From assembly GCA_047947115.1 (NCBI GenBank), contig CP170459.1, positions 288,001 to 352,000 of the forward strand: DNA of 64,000 bases, given 5' to 3'. A model generated the notes under the pieces. The model was not told the DNA's origin and did not search any database. It saw only the letters and a list, made by a program, of their open reading frames with translations. How positions within the stretch are numbered: position 1 is the first letter of the stretch; each line of letters opens with the position of its first letter. Origin of the DNA: Verrucomicrobiota bacterium (GTDB lineage Bacteria > Verrucomicrobiota > Verrucomicrobiia > Limisphaerales > AAA164-E04). The translations under genes and the position numbers were made by a program. Shown piece after piece: positions 8,498-18,725 of the stretch.

Positions 8498-10630
8498 ATG
8501 AACCTCCCCGCATCGAAGACCGTCCCTTTGTTGACAACCTTGATCTTCACAGTGGCTCAGGGATGGTTCAATGCAGCCGCCCAAACCCCTGGACCACCTG
8601 GCTCATACGCCATCTACAAACAAACCTCTTCAAATAACCCGGCAGCAACACTGGTTAAACAACTCACCGTCCGCTGGGGGAATCGCATCGAATCCAATGA
8701 TCCAATCGGACAATGGCTGCAATTGGATGCTGAAAAATTCAATCAAGAACGATTCCATGTTTGGTTTCTGGTTCAAGCATATCCTTCAAAAGATGTTTGG
8801 AAGGCAGAATCAGACATCCTGCGTTATCTCCTGGCAGAAGGCGAATCGCCGCCACTTGAGTATACCCATCGATTTACCGGTGCCCCTGTTCTTCCCGCTC
8901 TCGGATTCTGGGAACATCAGCTCCCAAGGGCGGTGGACGCATCCCATGAAATGAAGGTGTTTCCTTCGGAAATCCAGTTTTTAGGACATCGGATGACACG
9001 GGTGGAATCTGGCCAATCCAACACTTTTACTGTTCCGGATCCCACCCGCCTGGAACTCCCCTGCGATCTTGAGATTGGAACCAAATACAGCAACCGAGAC
9101 CGACGTGAACCACGACGCTTTGACGGTGCACCGGTCGAATTGATCTCCTTCGAACCAGAGGACTACCCGGAACGATTCGCAGCCGGACAGACCATCTTCA
9201 ACGTTCCAGCGAACCATCTACACTTGGTGGAACGTCGCCCCGTTTTCTACATGTGTGGTGACATCGCAGCCATGCGATTCCCGGAATGCCTTTACCGAAG
9301 CAATTTTGTCGGACTGAACGCAGATTATCTGGACGAACCCGCGGCACGCACTTCGTTCGCGGCCCTGCGCCCGCAATTGGATATCAATCCAGATCTGCAA
9401 CGAAGCATCACCCCACAATCGGTAATTTCCACATTCACCAATGTTTTTCATGAAGCGGTTCATCAGGGAAGACCCACCTGGCTCGACCAAAGATTGCGAA
9501 CGAGGTCCGATGTGGACCCTGGCTCCATGCAGACCCTTCAATCCAACATGTGGTCATGGGAAGTAACGATCTCAACCGGGGCCTGGCAATTGCGTGCCGA
9601 ACCGAAAGAGCCGCCAGCCGCCATCGTTTATGAAAGTCGACTGAGTACCGGTCGCGACATGCCACGGTTCATCAGCCAGACGGGAGCTCAAATTCCGACA
9701 GACGATCAGCGTGCATTGTTGAACATTATCTTCGGCATGCTCCGGGGAACGGCCCGCGTGACACATAAAAAATGGGGTATGTCGGTTTATGGGCAACACG
9801 CGGTGGGTGAAATCCATCAAACCCTCACCCAAGCCTATGATCTGGGAGCCTCATACTTCCTTTTCTGGACAAGTGATCACGGACATCACATCCCCTATGA
9901 AGAGCAACTTCAGTATTCCCGATTCATCCATGACTACGCGGAAGCACATCCCGAGAGGGACATGGAACAGCTCAAGAACGCTGCCGAAACCCTCATCCTG
10001 TTTCCACCGGGTTACACCCTGTTGATCGGTCGGCCCATGTGGTGGTTGCCCGAACTGCATCTGGAACGCAAAAACCAATACGGTCTCACCTACCGAGCCA
10101 TCTATCAGCGCATCGGCGCGGAAATCGAACGCTGTTACAGACAAGGCATCACTTATGACTTGGCATGGGATCTCGATGGGCTGGATCTTTCGGGATACCG
10201 TGAAGTGATCCACATAGCGGAAACCGGAATCATCCGGGTGGAAAAAAGTGGATTTCTCTCTGAAACAAAAGCTCCGCGCACACCACTCCGCCCCCAAGGC
10301 GAGCCCCCCTTGCTCGAAGTGGAGCTGTCGACCGAAACCGGACACACCCCTTTGACCATCACTGCCACCGGACACATCAAACAAAACCTCGCGCCTGTTT
10401 ATTACACCCACAAACACGACGACCAGGGAACATGGCATAACACACAAATCATCTGGCAGCTTTATGGACCGGAGGAATGGGATTTTCAATACCTCGATCC
10501 GGTCACCGATTCAGATGTCCCCAGAACCACCTTCACTCTCGACAAACACGGCACCTACAAACTCCGTGCCTGCGCAGTCGATCGCGCAGGTAGATCAAAA
10601 GTCGTTTGGAAAAACATCCTGGCAGAGTAA
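8498..10630 (+). CDS. Secreted hypothetical protein, 710 aa, possible C-terminal PKD/Ig-like domain
   Basis: Long ORF, signal peptide (AAA-Q), central YLDEP motif, C-terminal TPLTITATG...GTYKLRACAVD.AGRS. Confidence 0.75.
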   Translation: MNLPASKTVPLLTTLIFTVAQGWFNAAAQTPGPPGSYAIYKQTSSNNPAATLVKQLTVRWGNRIESNDPIGQWLQLDAEKFNQERFHVWFLVQAYPSKDVWKAESDILRYLLAEGESPPLEYTHRFTGAPVLPALGFWEHQLPRAVDASHEMKVFPSEIQFLGHRMTRVESGQSNTFTVPDPTRLELPCDLEIGTKYSNRDRREPRRFDGAPVELISFEPEDYPERFAAGQTIFNVPANHLHLVERRPVFYMCGDIAAMRFPECLYRSNFVGLNADYLDEPAARTSFAALRPQLDINPDLQRSITPQSVISTFTNVFHEAVHQGRPTWLDQRLRTRSDVDPGSMQTLQSNMWSWEVTISTGAWQLRAEPKEPPAAIVYESRLSTGRDMPRFISQTGAQIPTDDQRALLNIIFGMLRGTARVTHKKWGMSVYGQHAVGEIHQTLTQAYDLGASYFLFWTSDHGHHIPYEEQLQYSRFIHDYAEAHPERDMEQLKNAAETLILFPPGYTLLIGRPMWWLPELHLERKNQYGLTYRAIYQRIGAEIERCYRQGITYDLAWDLDGLDLSGYREVIHIAETGIIRVEKSGFLSETKAPRTPLRPQGEPPLLEVELSTETGHTPLTITATGHIKQNLAPVYYTHKHDDQGTWHNTQIIWQLYGPEEWDFQYLDPVTDSDVPRTTFTLDKHGTYKLRACAVDRAGRSKVVWKNILAE

Positions 10631-10636
10631 AATTTG

Positions 10637-10670
10637 GCAGGGCCACGCTGCCGCGTGGCCGCAAGCGAGC
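10637..10670 (+). repeat. REP-like palindrome, single copy
   Basis: GCAG-GGCCACGC-tgcc-GCGTGGCC-gcaagcg; same family as 15506-15728 and 51217. Confidence 0.65.
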
Positions 10671-10817
10671 GAAACAGGTTCGAAATCCTGGAGCGTTGAG
10701 CGGACGCGATGGTGAACACCTCGCCCCAACAATTCAAAAGAATCCTGATCAGTAAAACCTGCGTAAATCCATGCAATCTATTGGATTCCACCCAATGTCG
10801 GTGCGATTCGAAAAGAA

Positions 10818-11537
10818 TTACAAAGCAATCTTCCCGTCCAACAGATGCAAGGTGCGATCTGTCTGTTCAGCCATGTGTCGATCATGGGTGGCCATGATGA
10901 GTGTCAGGCGACACTCGGCCTTGAGTTTCAGAAGCAGATCCATTATTTCGGATCCGGTTTCCGAATCCAGATTGCCCGTAGGTTCATCCGCAAGCAACAA
11001 AGTTGGATTGTTGATCAAAGCTCGTGCTATGGCAACACGCTGTTGTTCACCACCTGACAATTCGTATGGACGATGATCCAGGCGTTTGGACAGGCCTACC
11101 CGCTCCAACCATTCCTGTGCCTTCGCTTCGACCTCCTTGACCGGTCTGCGGGAAATCCGAGCAGGCAAAGCCACATTTTCGAGGGCATCAAGTTCGGGAA
11201 ACAAATGATAAGCCTGAAAGACAAAGCCAACCGAACGATTCCGAAACCGGGACAAGGCCAATCCCCCCATCTGTGTCAGATAATTTCCGTCCACTTCCAA
11301 ACCACCCGCGTCCGGGCGATCCAATCCACCCAGCAGGTGCAGCAAGGTGCTTTTACCGGATCCCGATGCTCCAACGATGCTTAAAAACTCCCCCTGCCCT
11401 ACTTCCATATCCACACCATGGAGAACCTCGATTTTTTTGCGTCCGATGGTGTAACATTTCGTCAAACCTACCGCTCGCAAGATGGTCTTTTCAAAAGAAG
11501 CAGTCGCGTTATTGTCATTGGTAAGAACATCACTCAT
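10818..11537 (-). CDS. lolD: LolD-like ABC transporter ATP-binding subunit
   Basis: GASGSGKSTLLHLLGGLD, FVFQAYHL, ELSGGEQQRVAIARAL, ADEPTGNLD; start overlaps the upstream permease stop (ATGAGTGA). Confidence 0.9.
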   Translation of the reverse strand: MSDVLTNDNNATASFEKTILRAVGLTKCYTIGRKKIEVLHGVDMEVGQGEFLSIVGASGSGKSTLLHLLGGLDRPDAGGLEVDGNYLTQMGGLALSRFRNRSVGFVFQAYHLFPELDALENVALPARISRRPVKEVEAKAQEWLERVGLSKRLDHRPYELSGGEQQRVAIARALINNPTLLLADEPTGNLDSETGSEIMDLLLKLKAECRLTLIMATHDRHMAEQTDRTLHLLDGKIAL

Positions 11538-12813
11538 GCCGCAAAGCCTCCACTGGACGCAGTCGTCCGGCATTAATGGCAGGGAACACGCCGGCCAGAA
11601 TACAAATTATCAGACTTCCCCCGCAAATGATCCAAAGATCCGAAGGCACGATCATCGCAGGCAATTCCGCGAATCCGTAAATATCCTTCGGAAACAGGGA
11701 AAACTTGAATGTGTTGTTCATGAATACCAGAAACTCATTGCGATACTTGACTGCCTGAATCCCAAGCGCCAGACCGATGGACACCCCGAACAATCCAACA
11801 AACACACTCTGACTCATGAACACCCACACCACCTGACGAGATGAAGCTCCCAGGGCTTTCAGCATGCCTATCTCGCGCGTCTTTTGAACAACAAACGTGA
11901 TCATCGAACTGGTGATTCCAAATGCCGCCACCAACACAATGAAAAACAGCAGGAAACGGATCATGTTCTTCTCCACCACCAACGCGTTCAAAATGGTTTC
12001 GTTGCGTTCCAGCCAAGTCGAAACCCGAAATGCCGGTCCCAGTTTTTCCTGAAGAGAGGCCTCCACAACCGGGGCCAGTTCTGGGTCATCAAACATGATG
12101 TGCAATCCATGCGCTTCATCCTTAAGACTGAATAAATCCTGTGCATTGAAGAGCGAACAAACCATGCCATTCGCGTTGTAATCGTAGTAACCGATATCAA
12201 AAATACCCTCCACCACGTAATCATCCGCCAGGGGAGCGGACTGACGTTCGGAGGCATCCTGTTTGAGAACTTCACGCACCTCCCGCAACAATCGAATCGA
12301 ATAAACCGCCACAGGATCCCCGATTTGCAATCCAAGACGCTTGGCGAGTTCGCTTCCTATCAACACGCCGTTGCCATCGATGGCATCGAACGTTCCGGCG
12401 ATCAGACTATCCTTGATTTCGCTCACCTCTCCGGATGTCTCAGAATCAACCCCGCGTATAAACGGAGCCGCAATTTCCGAATACCTACCGCCATGCTGGG
12501 TTTCAATGACGATGGGGCCTTCGATGTAGGGAGAAACACCTTTGACGTGCGGTTGCTTTCGAACAAAATCCGCCACCTGACGATAGTCCAGCATGGCACC
12601 ACCCAGTGGACGCACCACCATATGCGATTCGAATCCAATGATCCGATTACGCAATTCGAGATCGAATCCGGTCATCACACTGATCACAATGATCAACACC
12701 GCCACCCCCAGTACCACGCCAATGATGGATATCAACGTGATGATGGATACAAACGTCCGTTTGGGACGCAAGTATCTTAACGCAAACAACAATTCAAAAG
12801 GCAACCGATTCAT
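11530..12813 (-). CDS. LolC/E-family lipoprotein-releasing ABC permease
   Basis: FELLFALRYLR..., GVAVLIIVISVMTGF, KTREIGMLKALGA, P....RL.PVEALRHE. Confidence 0.92.
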   Translation of the reverse strand: MNRLPFELLFALRYLRPKRTFVSIITLISIIGVVLGVAVLIIVISVMTGFDLELRNRIIGFESHMVVRPLGGAMLDYRQVADFVRKQPHVKGVSPYIEGPIVIETQHGGRYSEIAAPFIRGVDSETSGEVSEIKDSLIAGTFDAIDGNGVLIGSELAKRLGLQIGDPVAVYSIRLLREVREVLKQDASERQSAPLADDYVVEGIFDIGYYDYNANGMVCSLFNAQDLFSLKDEAHGLHIMFDDPELAPVVEASLQEKLGPAFRVSTWLERNETILNALVVEKNMIRFLLFFIVLVAAFGITSSMITFVVQKTREIGMLKALGASSRQVVWVFMSQSVFVGLFGVSIGLALGIQAVKYRNEFLVFMNNTFKFSLFPKDIYGFAELPAMIVPSDLWIICGGSLIICILAGVFPAINAGRLRPVEALRHE

Positions 12814-13117
12814 GACCTCGTCCCGCCAAGATAAACGCCCAGAACAAACATAAGCAAGCAATTGCTCCACAACCCGATTTCAAACCCTCAGAAGGGCGAG
12901 TTCCACCTCACTCACACTTCAAACCACAAGGCTCCCGAGAGCCGTTACGTGTGCAATAGAGACGCCAAAGTTCACCCAGTCGAAAAAGAAGTTATTGCCG
13001 CAAATTCCCAATCGGCAATCGCAAAGCATCGCAATAACTCGGCTGATTGGTTGGTGCTTGTATATGTTTGCCGACCGAGCCGGCCACCTCCGGGGGAAGG
13101 CAGCTGCCTGCATAGGA

Positions 13118-13696
13118 TCAGTCTTCGGAAGCCTCAACTTTCTTCAAATGTTGGAGCGTCTCCCCAAGGAGCCAACGAGTATCGATGGTTGCTTGGAGGT
13201 GTTTGGAAAAGTAAAAACACGTGAGGCTAACCAGGGCGGCCATGAGAGCATTGGTTTCCAACCTGCCATCTGCAAGCAGCACAAGAAAAACCAATGAAAA
13301 CAATATGCCGGCGACCAAAAACACCTTCACCCATATGGAATGTCTGGGGAACGGGTTCACGTAGGTCGGGTTGATTTTACTGGGTTTCCTGGGCTTTAAA
13401 CCTTCCGTTTTTTCATCTTTCACCCAGACTTCGGTAACGTCGCTGACGCCTTCGGTAAATGAAGCTCCAATTTTCCGATCGTTTCCGAGTTTTAACGGAG
13501 TGGTGTAGGTATGTTCGCCACGTTGAAAAGTGATCGGTATTTCCGCTTCTTCAGACGAGGCGATCAACTGTTTGAGGTGATCGATGGACTTAACCTTCTG
13601 CCCCCCCAACTCCAACAAGCGGTCACCAGGAAACAACCCGGCACGAAATGCCGGCGAACCATACTTTGTATTCTGCACTGTTGGAATGGTATCCAT
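13118..13696 (-). CDS. PDZ-domain membrane protein
   Basis: GSPAFRAGLFPGDRLLELGG (PDZ) plus two C-terminal hydrophobic helices. Confidence 0.75.
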   Translation of the reverse strand: MDTIPTVQNTKYGSPAFRAGLFPGDRLLELGGQKVKSIDHLKQLIASSEEAEIPITFQRGEHTYTTPLKLGNDRKIGASFTEGVSDVTEVWVKDEKTEGLKPRKPSKINPTYVNPFPRHSIWVKVFLVAGILFSLVFLVLLADGRLETNALMAALVSLTCFYFSKHLQATIDTRWLLGETLQHLKKVEASED

Positions 13697-13743
13697 GATC
13701 AATCATCAACCCTGACGGCATTCAATGTCTCTTGCCTCAAAAA

Positions 13744-13770
13744 CATCCTGTGCATCCTGTTCATCCTGTC
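13744..13770. repeat. Short tandem repeat, 3 x 9 bp
   Basis: CATCCTGTG CATCCTGTT CATCCTGTC between divergent genes. Confidence 0.7.
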
Positions 13771-13845
13771 AAAAAAAATCCACATTAAACTCCCAAAAGC
13801 TTCAGGAGTTGCATTTCCCCATTGATAAGTCATGGTGAACGGATA

Positions 13846-15465
13846 ATGAGGAACGAAGATAAGAAAAAAGACGTCCCAAGCCCGGAGGAATTCCAGAAAC
13901 AGCTTTCGGACTTCATGAAGCAGAATTTTTCGGGGTTCAGTTTCCCCGGGTTCGGGGCATCCCCCGGCAGCGCCCCACAAGCTACCCCATTGGAACCGGA
14001 GGCAAAGGAGCGTTCCATCGACGATTTGATGGAGTTCGACTACCGCCCCAAGGACGTCAAAGCTTATCTGGATCGATTTGTCATCCAGCAGGAAGAGGCA
14101 AAAAAGGTGCTCAGCGTGGCCTTGTGCGATCATTACCACCACGTGCGACTGGCCTTGGAAGGCAAGGAAGCGCCGAACTATGCCAAACAAAACATCATCC
14201 TCGCAGGCCCGACAGGTGTCGGAAAAACCTACCTCATCCGAAGCGTGGCCGACTTGATCGGTGTACCGTTCGTCAAAGCCGACGCCACGAAATTTTCAGA
14301 AACAGGTTATGTGGGTTCGGACGTGGAGGATTTGATCCGGGAACTGTATCGACGTTCGGACAATGACATCCAACGGGCACAGTTCGGCATTGTTTACCTC
14401 GACGAAGTGGACAAGATCGCCATGTCACAAAACGCATCCGGATCCAGGGATGTCAGCGGGCGCGGGGTACAGACCAATTTGCTGAAATTGATGGAGGAAA
14501 CGGAAGTGTCCATCCGCTCACCACAGGATGTGGCTGGTCAAATCCAGGCCATGATGGAGGCACAACGAGGCAAGAAATCAGCCTCGACCATCAACACCAA
14601 ACACGTGCTGTTCATCGTCAGCGGCGCGTTCGATGGATTGGAACCCATCATTCGACGTCGCATGAGCGAAAGCACCATTGGATTCGCCACTTCAAGGAAT
14701 GATCAATTGACTTCAGATGATGTTCTGGAAAGCGTTCAGACCAAGGACCTGATCGAATTCGGCTTCGAACCCGAATTTGTCGGACGACTTCCCGTTCGGG
14801 TTGTCTGCAAATCGTTGGGCGTGGACGACCTTTTCCACATTCTTCAGACATCCGAAGGAAGCATCATCCGCCAGTATGAGCAGGATTTCGCCGCCTATGG
14901 TATCGACATCTTGTTCAAACCGGACGGACTAAGGCGCGTGGCCGAGATTGCTGTCGAAGAAAAAACCGGCGCCCGCGGATTGATGACCGTGTGTGAAAGG
15001 GTGTTCAGAAATTTCAAATACGAACTCCCCAGTTCTGACGTCAAACGATTCGAGGTCACGCGCGAAGTGGTGGACTGTCCAGCCGAGGAATTAAAAAAGC
15101 TATTGGCAGACCAATCGAAAAAAGAGCGGGAGGTGGCCAGCAAGATACTGGACGAATTCACCACGCGATTTGAAGAATCGCACGGTATTCGCATGGAAGT
15201 AAGCGAGGAGGCTAGAACCTACCTGATTGATCTCTCCATCGAAGGCGGTCAATCCATGCGGGACATCTGGGTGGACCGATTCAAGGACTATCAATTCGGT
15301 CTCAAACTCATTGCCCAAAATACGGGAGTCAAAACTTTCGAAATCGACAAGGCAGCAGCTGAAAATCCGGACAAAAAACTCAGCGACTGGGTCGTTGCCA
15401 GCTACAAGGAAAAAGAAGCAAAGGAAGCGTCGGAAGATGCATCTGAGGAATTGCCTTCCGAGTAG
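13846..15465 (+). CDS. ClpX-like AAA+ ATPase without the N-terminal Zn finger and with a C-terminal extension
   Basis: GPTGVGKT, ADATKFSETGYVG.DVE, YLDEVDKI, RDVSGRGVQ..LLKL, IGF loop, PEFVGRLP, TGARGL. Confidence 0.88.
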   Translation: MRNEDKKKDVPSPEEFQKQLSDFMKQNFSGFSFPGFGASPGSAPQATPLEPEAKERSIDDLMEFDYRPKDVKAYLDRFVIQQEEAKKVLSVALCDHYHHVRLALEGKEAPNYAKQNIILAGPTGVGKTYLIRSVADLIGVPFVKADATKFSETGYVGSDVEDLIRELYRRSDNDIQRAQFGIVYLDEVDKIAMSQNASGSRDVSGRGVQTNLLKLMEETEVSIRSPQDVAGQIQAMMEAQRGKKSASTINTKHVLFIVSGAFDGLEPIIRRRMSESTIGFATSRNDQLTSDDVLESVQTKDLIEFGFEPEFVGRLPVRVVCKSLGVDDLFHILQTSEGSIIRQYEQDFAAYGIDILFKPDGLRRVAEIAVEEKTGARGLMTVCERVFRNFKYELPSSDVKRFEVTREVVDCPAEELKKLLADQSKKEREVASKILDEFTTRFEESHGIRMEVSEEARTYLIDLSIEGGQSMRDIWVDRFKDYQFGLKLIAQNTGVKTFEIDKAAAENPDKKLSDWVVASYKEKEAKEASEDASEELPSE

Positions 15466-15505
15466 CCTAATACATGGAAGGAATGTCCCCTCAATCATAC
15501 GACTG

Positions 15506-15728
15506 ATAGGGACGAGCTGCTGCTCGTCCGGTGACGTCTCCGTACTACGCAACAAACACTCGAACACCCTTACGCGCTCGCGGCCCTGCGGCAGCAGGGC
15601 CCTACCATGGAAGCCAGTCCTTGGGCTGGTAGGGATGAGCTGCTGCTCGTCCGGTGGCGTCTCCGTACTACGCAACAAACACTCGAACACCCTTACGCGC
15701 TCGCGGCCCTGCGGCAGCAGGGCCCTAC
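15506..15728. repeat. Two tandem 100-bp REP doublets (REPIN/BIME-like), period 123 bp
   Basis: Units 15506-15605 and 15629-15728, each (A/G)TAG-GGA(C/T)GAGC-tgct-GCTCGTCC ... GGCCCTGC-ggca-GCAGGGCC-CTAC; lies between convergent genes. Confidence 0.85.
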
Positions 15729-15759
15729 CGTAGGCAAAAGACCAAAGGCTGACAGGACT

Positions 15760-17865
15760 CTACCGGCGTCCGAGGGGGTGGATGGCTTTGTAATCTCTTT
15801 CCACTTGCCAGACTGCCATGCAACCTTCGGCAACATTCGTATCATTTAGAAACACCATACCTGAACACAACCGACCACGATCGTCATGTAGGACCGGATG
15901 GGTTTCACGAAGAGCATGCGACCATTCTTTGAAGGTATCAAATCCGGCACATTTCAAATCCGGTAACGACACGATGTGCAACTGACCGGCACAACCGGGT
16001 GCGCTGTTGCGGTTCAGTTCCAGCGCGAGACGCCCCATGGTAAAGCGCGGATTGATTTCGATGATGGGTTTCAATTTTGGAATTCCCTCCCGGTCTCGGT
16101 ATATGGCGGCATCGATGCCAATAGGGCCTTTGAACCCAACATTCACCAACAAGGGCTCCAATCGTTCCGCCAATCGATCATACAACTTGGTCATACGATC
16201 CGTCTCCCCATCATGTGCAAACCTAGCGAGTTCCGGCGACAAACCGCGTGTGAAGGAGGGAAGACACAAAGTCCCCTGATACTGACCCCGTGCATCCACA
16301 CGCAAGTGAGTCCACCCAACCGTGCGCAGACCGGTTTCATCCACTTCCCATTGCACGGAAAAATCCACCAGACGATCCAGCCAGGGTTCGATCAACAGCT
16401 TTTTCTCGCGCTTCAACATATTGCGGATTCTGGACACCTGCGGTTCGGTCAATGATTCTTCCCATAGCCGAAGCATATTGCCTCCTGCCGAACCAAAAAT
16501 CGATTTGACCACCGTCCGCGGGTATCCGCTTTTTCGCAATTGATCAATCGCAGTCAAGGCATCGTCCACGCCAGTGACCACCTGCCCGACTGCATCGATG
16601 GGGCACAACCAGCGCAATTCCCCTACATCCTTCAGAAATCCCCTCAGCTGTTGGGCGCCCCAATCCTTCCCAAACAACGGACGAAACTGAGCATCCCAGG
16701 CATCTCCCACGGGTGGAGCTGGACGTGTCAATTGCGGCATGATTGGCTTCATGAGGGAGATGGCATCGGGACTCCAGGCCCATGGCTTGAGGAATCCGAT
16801 CTTGCGATCCAACAGTTCAGAACTTCGCGCAACCTTTCCTGCTTTGAGAACCTCCACTTGAGGCAGTTCGATCCCGGCCTGTTTGAGCGTCACCAGAAAA
16901 TCCAATGAAGGTTCCCGGCGCATCAACACCACATCATCCGATCGACACAAAAACATTGGCAAGGTTTCCAGATCCGTTTCAAAGGAAACCTGACGTTGGT
17001 TCGGAGTGAACCCCGGGCCGGCAGCCAAAAACTGTTCGGCGTAGGGATTGAAATAATAAATCCCCGGGGTACGCCCTTTGGATTTCGAATAGACGTATAA
17101 TCGCTGGATGAAATCCCGATCGAATCCCACGCGTTCACGCCCTTCCACATTGTAGTATTCGGCTTTGGCACGTCGTGGGGACAAAGGAAAGTCCAGTTGT
17201 TCTTCGTAAGCTTCCCAGTCGCTCTGCTCAGGCTTCTTCCACCGGCGGAACCATTTCAATCCGTAACCAACATGTCCAATTTCATCGCGATAAATGCGTT
17301 CGAGCAATTTGTGCGAATCCTCGTCTCCGATCGTTTGAAACTGTGAAGCAAAGAATTTTGAGAAATCCAGATTAGCCTGCTCAAAGGTCAGAGAAAGCCG
17401 ACTGACATAATCCATGGGAGTCTGCATGGGAGCAATCATCTTCCAGAAGAAACCATTGACCGGATACTGCCCGAACTCCACACCCATCGCCTTGAGTCGC
17501 TCCACATAGATTCGGGTGTGTTCCTGTTCGTCTTTCAAAGTCTTCAAAACACCTCGCCGAAAACTGCGGGGAGCGTCAGGAAATTTGAGCAACACCAAAG
17601 CCATCAATTCGGTCGCCAACAATTCGTGATTGGCAAAGAAATGAAGGATTTTGCCTCGGGTCGATTCCTTTTCCAGCGTATGCAAGGGAGGGAAATCTGA
17701 CTTACCCTGCTTGAGAGAAAACTGAAGTTGTTCATCCCGGTGGGGCGCTTCCGGCGATGCAAAAGCCTTCCCCGGCTGTTCGTCCGTGATGACGTCAGGA
17801 CACCAGATTTTGGTTTCCAGATCGGGACTAAACAGAATGCGCTCGGCCAGTTCTCGTAGTTCCAT
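15760..17865 (-). CDS. DUF455-like ferritin-like domain fused to an ATP-grasp domain
   Basis: N-part: FANHELLATEL, DEQEH, FEQANLD, DEIGHV..G.KW. C-part: VVKSIFGSAGG, LIEPWL, GPIGIDA, IEINPRFTMG. Confidence 0.8.
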   Translation of the reverse strand: MELRELAERILFSPDLETKIWCPDVITDEQPGKAFASPEAPHRDEQLQFSLKQGKSDFPPLHTLEKESTRGKILHFFANHELLATELMALVLLKFPDAPRSFRRGVLKTLKDEQEHTRIYVERLKAMGVEFGQYPVNGFFWKMIAPMQTPMDYVSRLSLTFEQANLDFSKFFASQFQTIGDEDSHKLLERIYRDEIGHVGYGLKWFRRWKKPEQSDWEAYEEQLDFPLSPRRAKAEYYNVEGRERVGFDRDFIQRLYVYSKSKGRTPGIYYFNPYAEQFLAAGPGFTPNQRQVSFETDLETLPMFLCRSDDVVLMRREPSLDFLVTLKQAGIELPQVEVLKAGKVARSSELLDRKIGFLKPWAWSPDAISLMKPIMPQLTRPAPPVGDAWDAQFRPLFGKDWGAQQLRGFLKDVGELRWLCPIDAVGQVVTGVDDALTAIDQLRKSGYPRTVVKSIFGSAGGNMLRLWEESLTEPQVSRIRNMLKREKKLLIEPWLDRLVDFSVQWEVDETGLRTVGWTHLRVDARGQYQGTLCLPSFTRGLSPELARFAHDGETDRMTKLYDRLAERLEPLLVNVGFKGPIGIDAAIYRDREGIPKLKPIIEINPRFTMGRLALELNRNSAPGCAGQLHIVSLPDLKCAGFDTFKEWSHALRETHPVLHDDRGRLCSGMVFLNDTNVAEGCMAVWQVERDYKAIHPLGRR

Positions 17866-17886
17866 GCTCGCCTCCCATCATTCGAA

Positions 17887-18639
17887 TCAAAACATGAACA
17901 GCCGAACCCCGGCAATACCGGAAAAAGCGTATAACAACACTTCGAAAGCTTTTTGCGGGATGCGGTCAATCACCCTCCTCCCGACCAGAATACCGGCAAA
18001 AATTCCTGGCAACAGCAATGCGTCTATTTTGAGAGACCAGGCATTGATGATATCCAGGTCCGTCATGAAGGGAACCTTGATGATGTTAACCAGAAGAAAA
18101 CATCTGGCCCCGATACCCAGGAATTCCATTTTGGGCATTTTATGCACCAGAGCGTAGATGGAATACACCGGCCCGGCCGCATTGGCCATCATGGTGGAGA
18201 TGCCAATGGTCAACCCGCTCCCCCACCGAAAGGATTCGGAATCAGGAAGCTTTTTCAAAAAATCCTGCTTATACCCACGCACCAACTGCAGCACGAGCAT
18301 TACCAGTATGATCAGTCCAATCGATTTGCGGGCGGTGGAATTATCAATGCCTCCAAGCAAGAAATAACCGCCCACAATGCCAACGCAAGTAGGGATCAAT
18401 ATGGGCCAAACCTGAGACCATGTTGCATGGCGGCGAAACATGGGGAACACGGTCACATCGCACACAATCAACAAGGGCAGGATCAACCCCACTGATTGCT
18501 TTGCGCCGAACAATTCGGCCATGATCAAAACATTGACCAAAGCCATTCCGGGGAAACCCGTCTTGGAAAATCCCAGGCTGAACGCTCCCAACAGGGCCAG
18601 TGCCCAATGGGAAACAGTGATTTCAGATATTTCGATCAA
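17887..18639 (-). CDS. Sulfite exporter TauE/SafE family membrane protein
   Basis: GFSKTGFPG, LPLLIVCD, TMMANAAGP; multi-TM; TTG start. Confidence 0.88.
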   Translation of the reverse strand: MIEISEITVSHWALALLGAFSLGFSKTGFPGMALVNVLIMAELFGAKQSVGLILPLLIVCDVTVFPMFRRHATWSQVWPILIPTCVGIVGGYFLLGGIDNSTARKSIGLIILVMLVLQLVRGYKQDFLKKLPDSESFRWGSGLTIGISTMMANAAGPVYSIYALVHKMPKMEFLGIGARCFLLVNIIKVPFMTDLDIINAWSLKIDALLLPGIFAGILVGRRVIDRIPQKAFEVLLYAFSGIAGVRLFMF

Positions 18640-18725
18640 AAGCGTCGGCTATGAAATAGGTGGCTGTTCAGGTTGAATATTTATCAGGGAGATACATCCA
18701 TCGGATTGACAAAGAATTTCATCCA

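Noticed and set aside
15506..15728. CRISPR array
   Set aside because: Only two units, the 'spacers' are identical and no cas genes are present; the pattern fits REP doublets.
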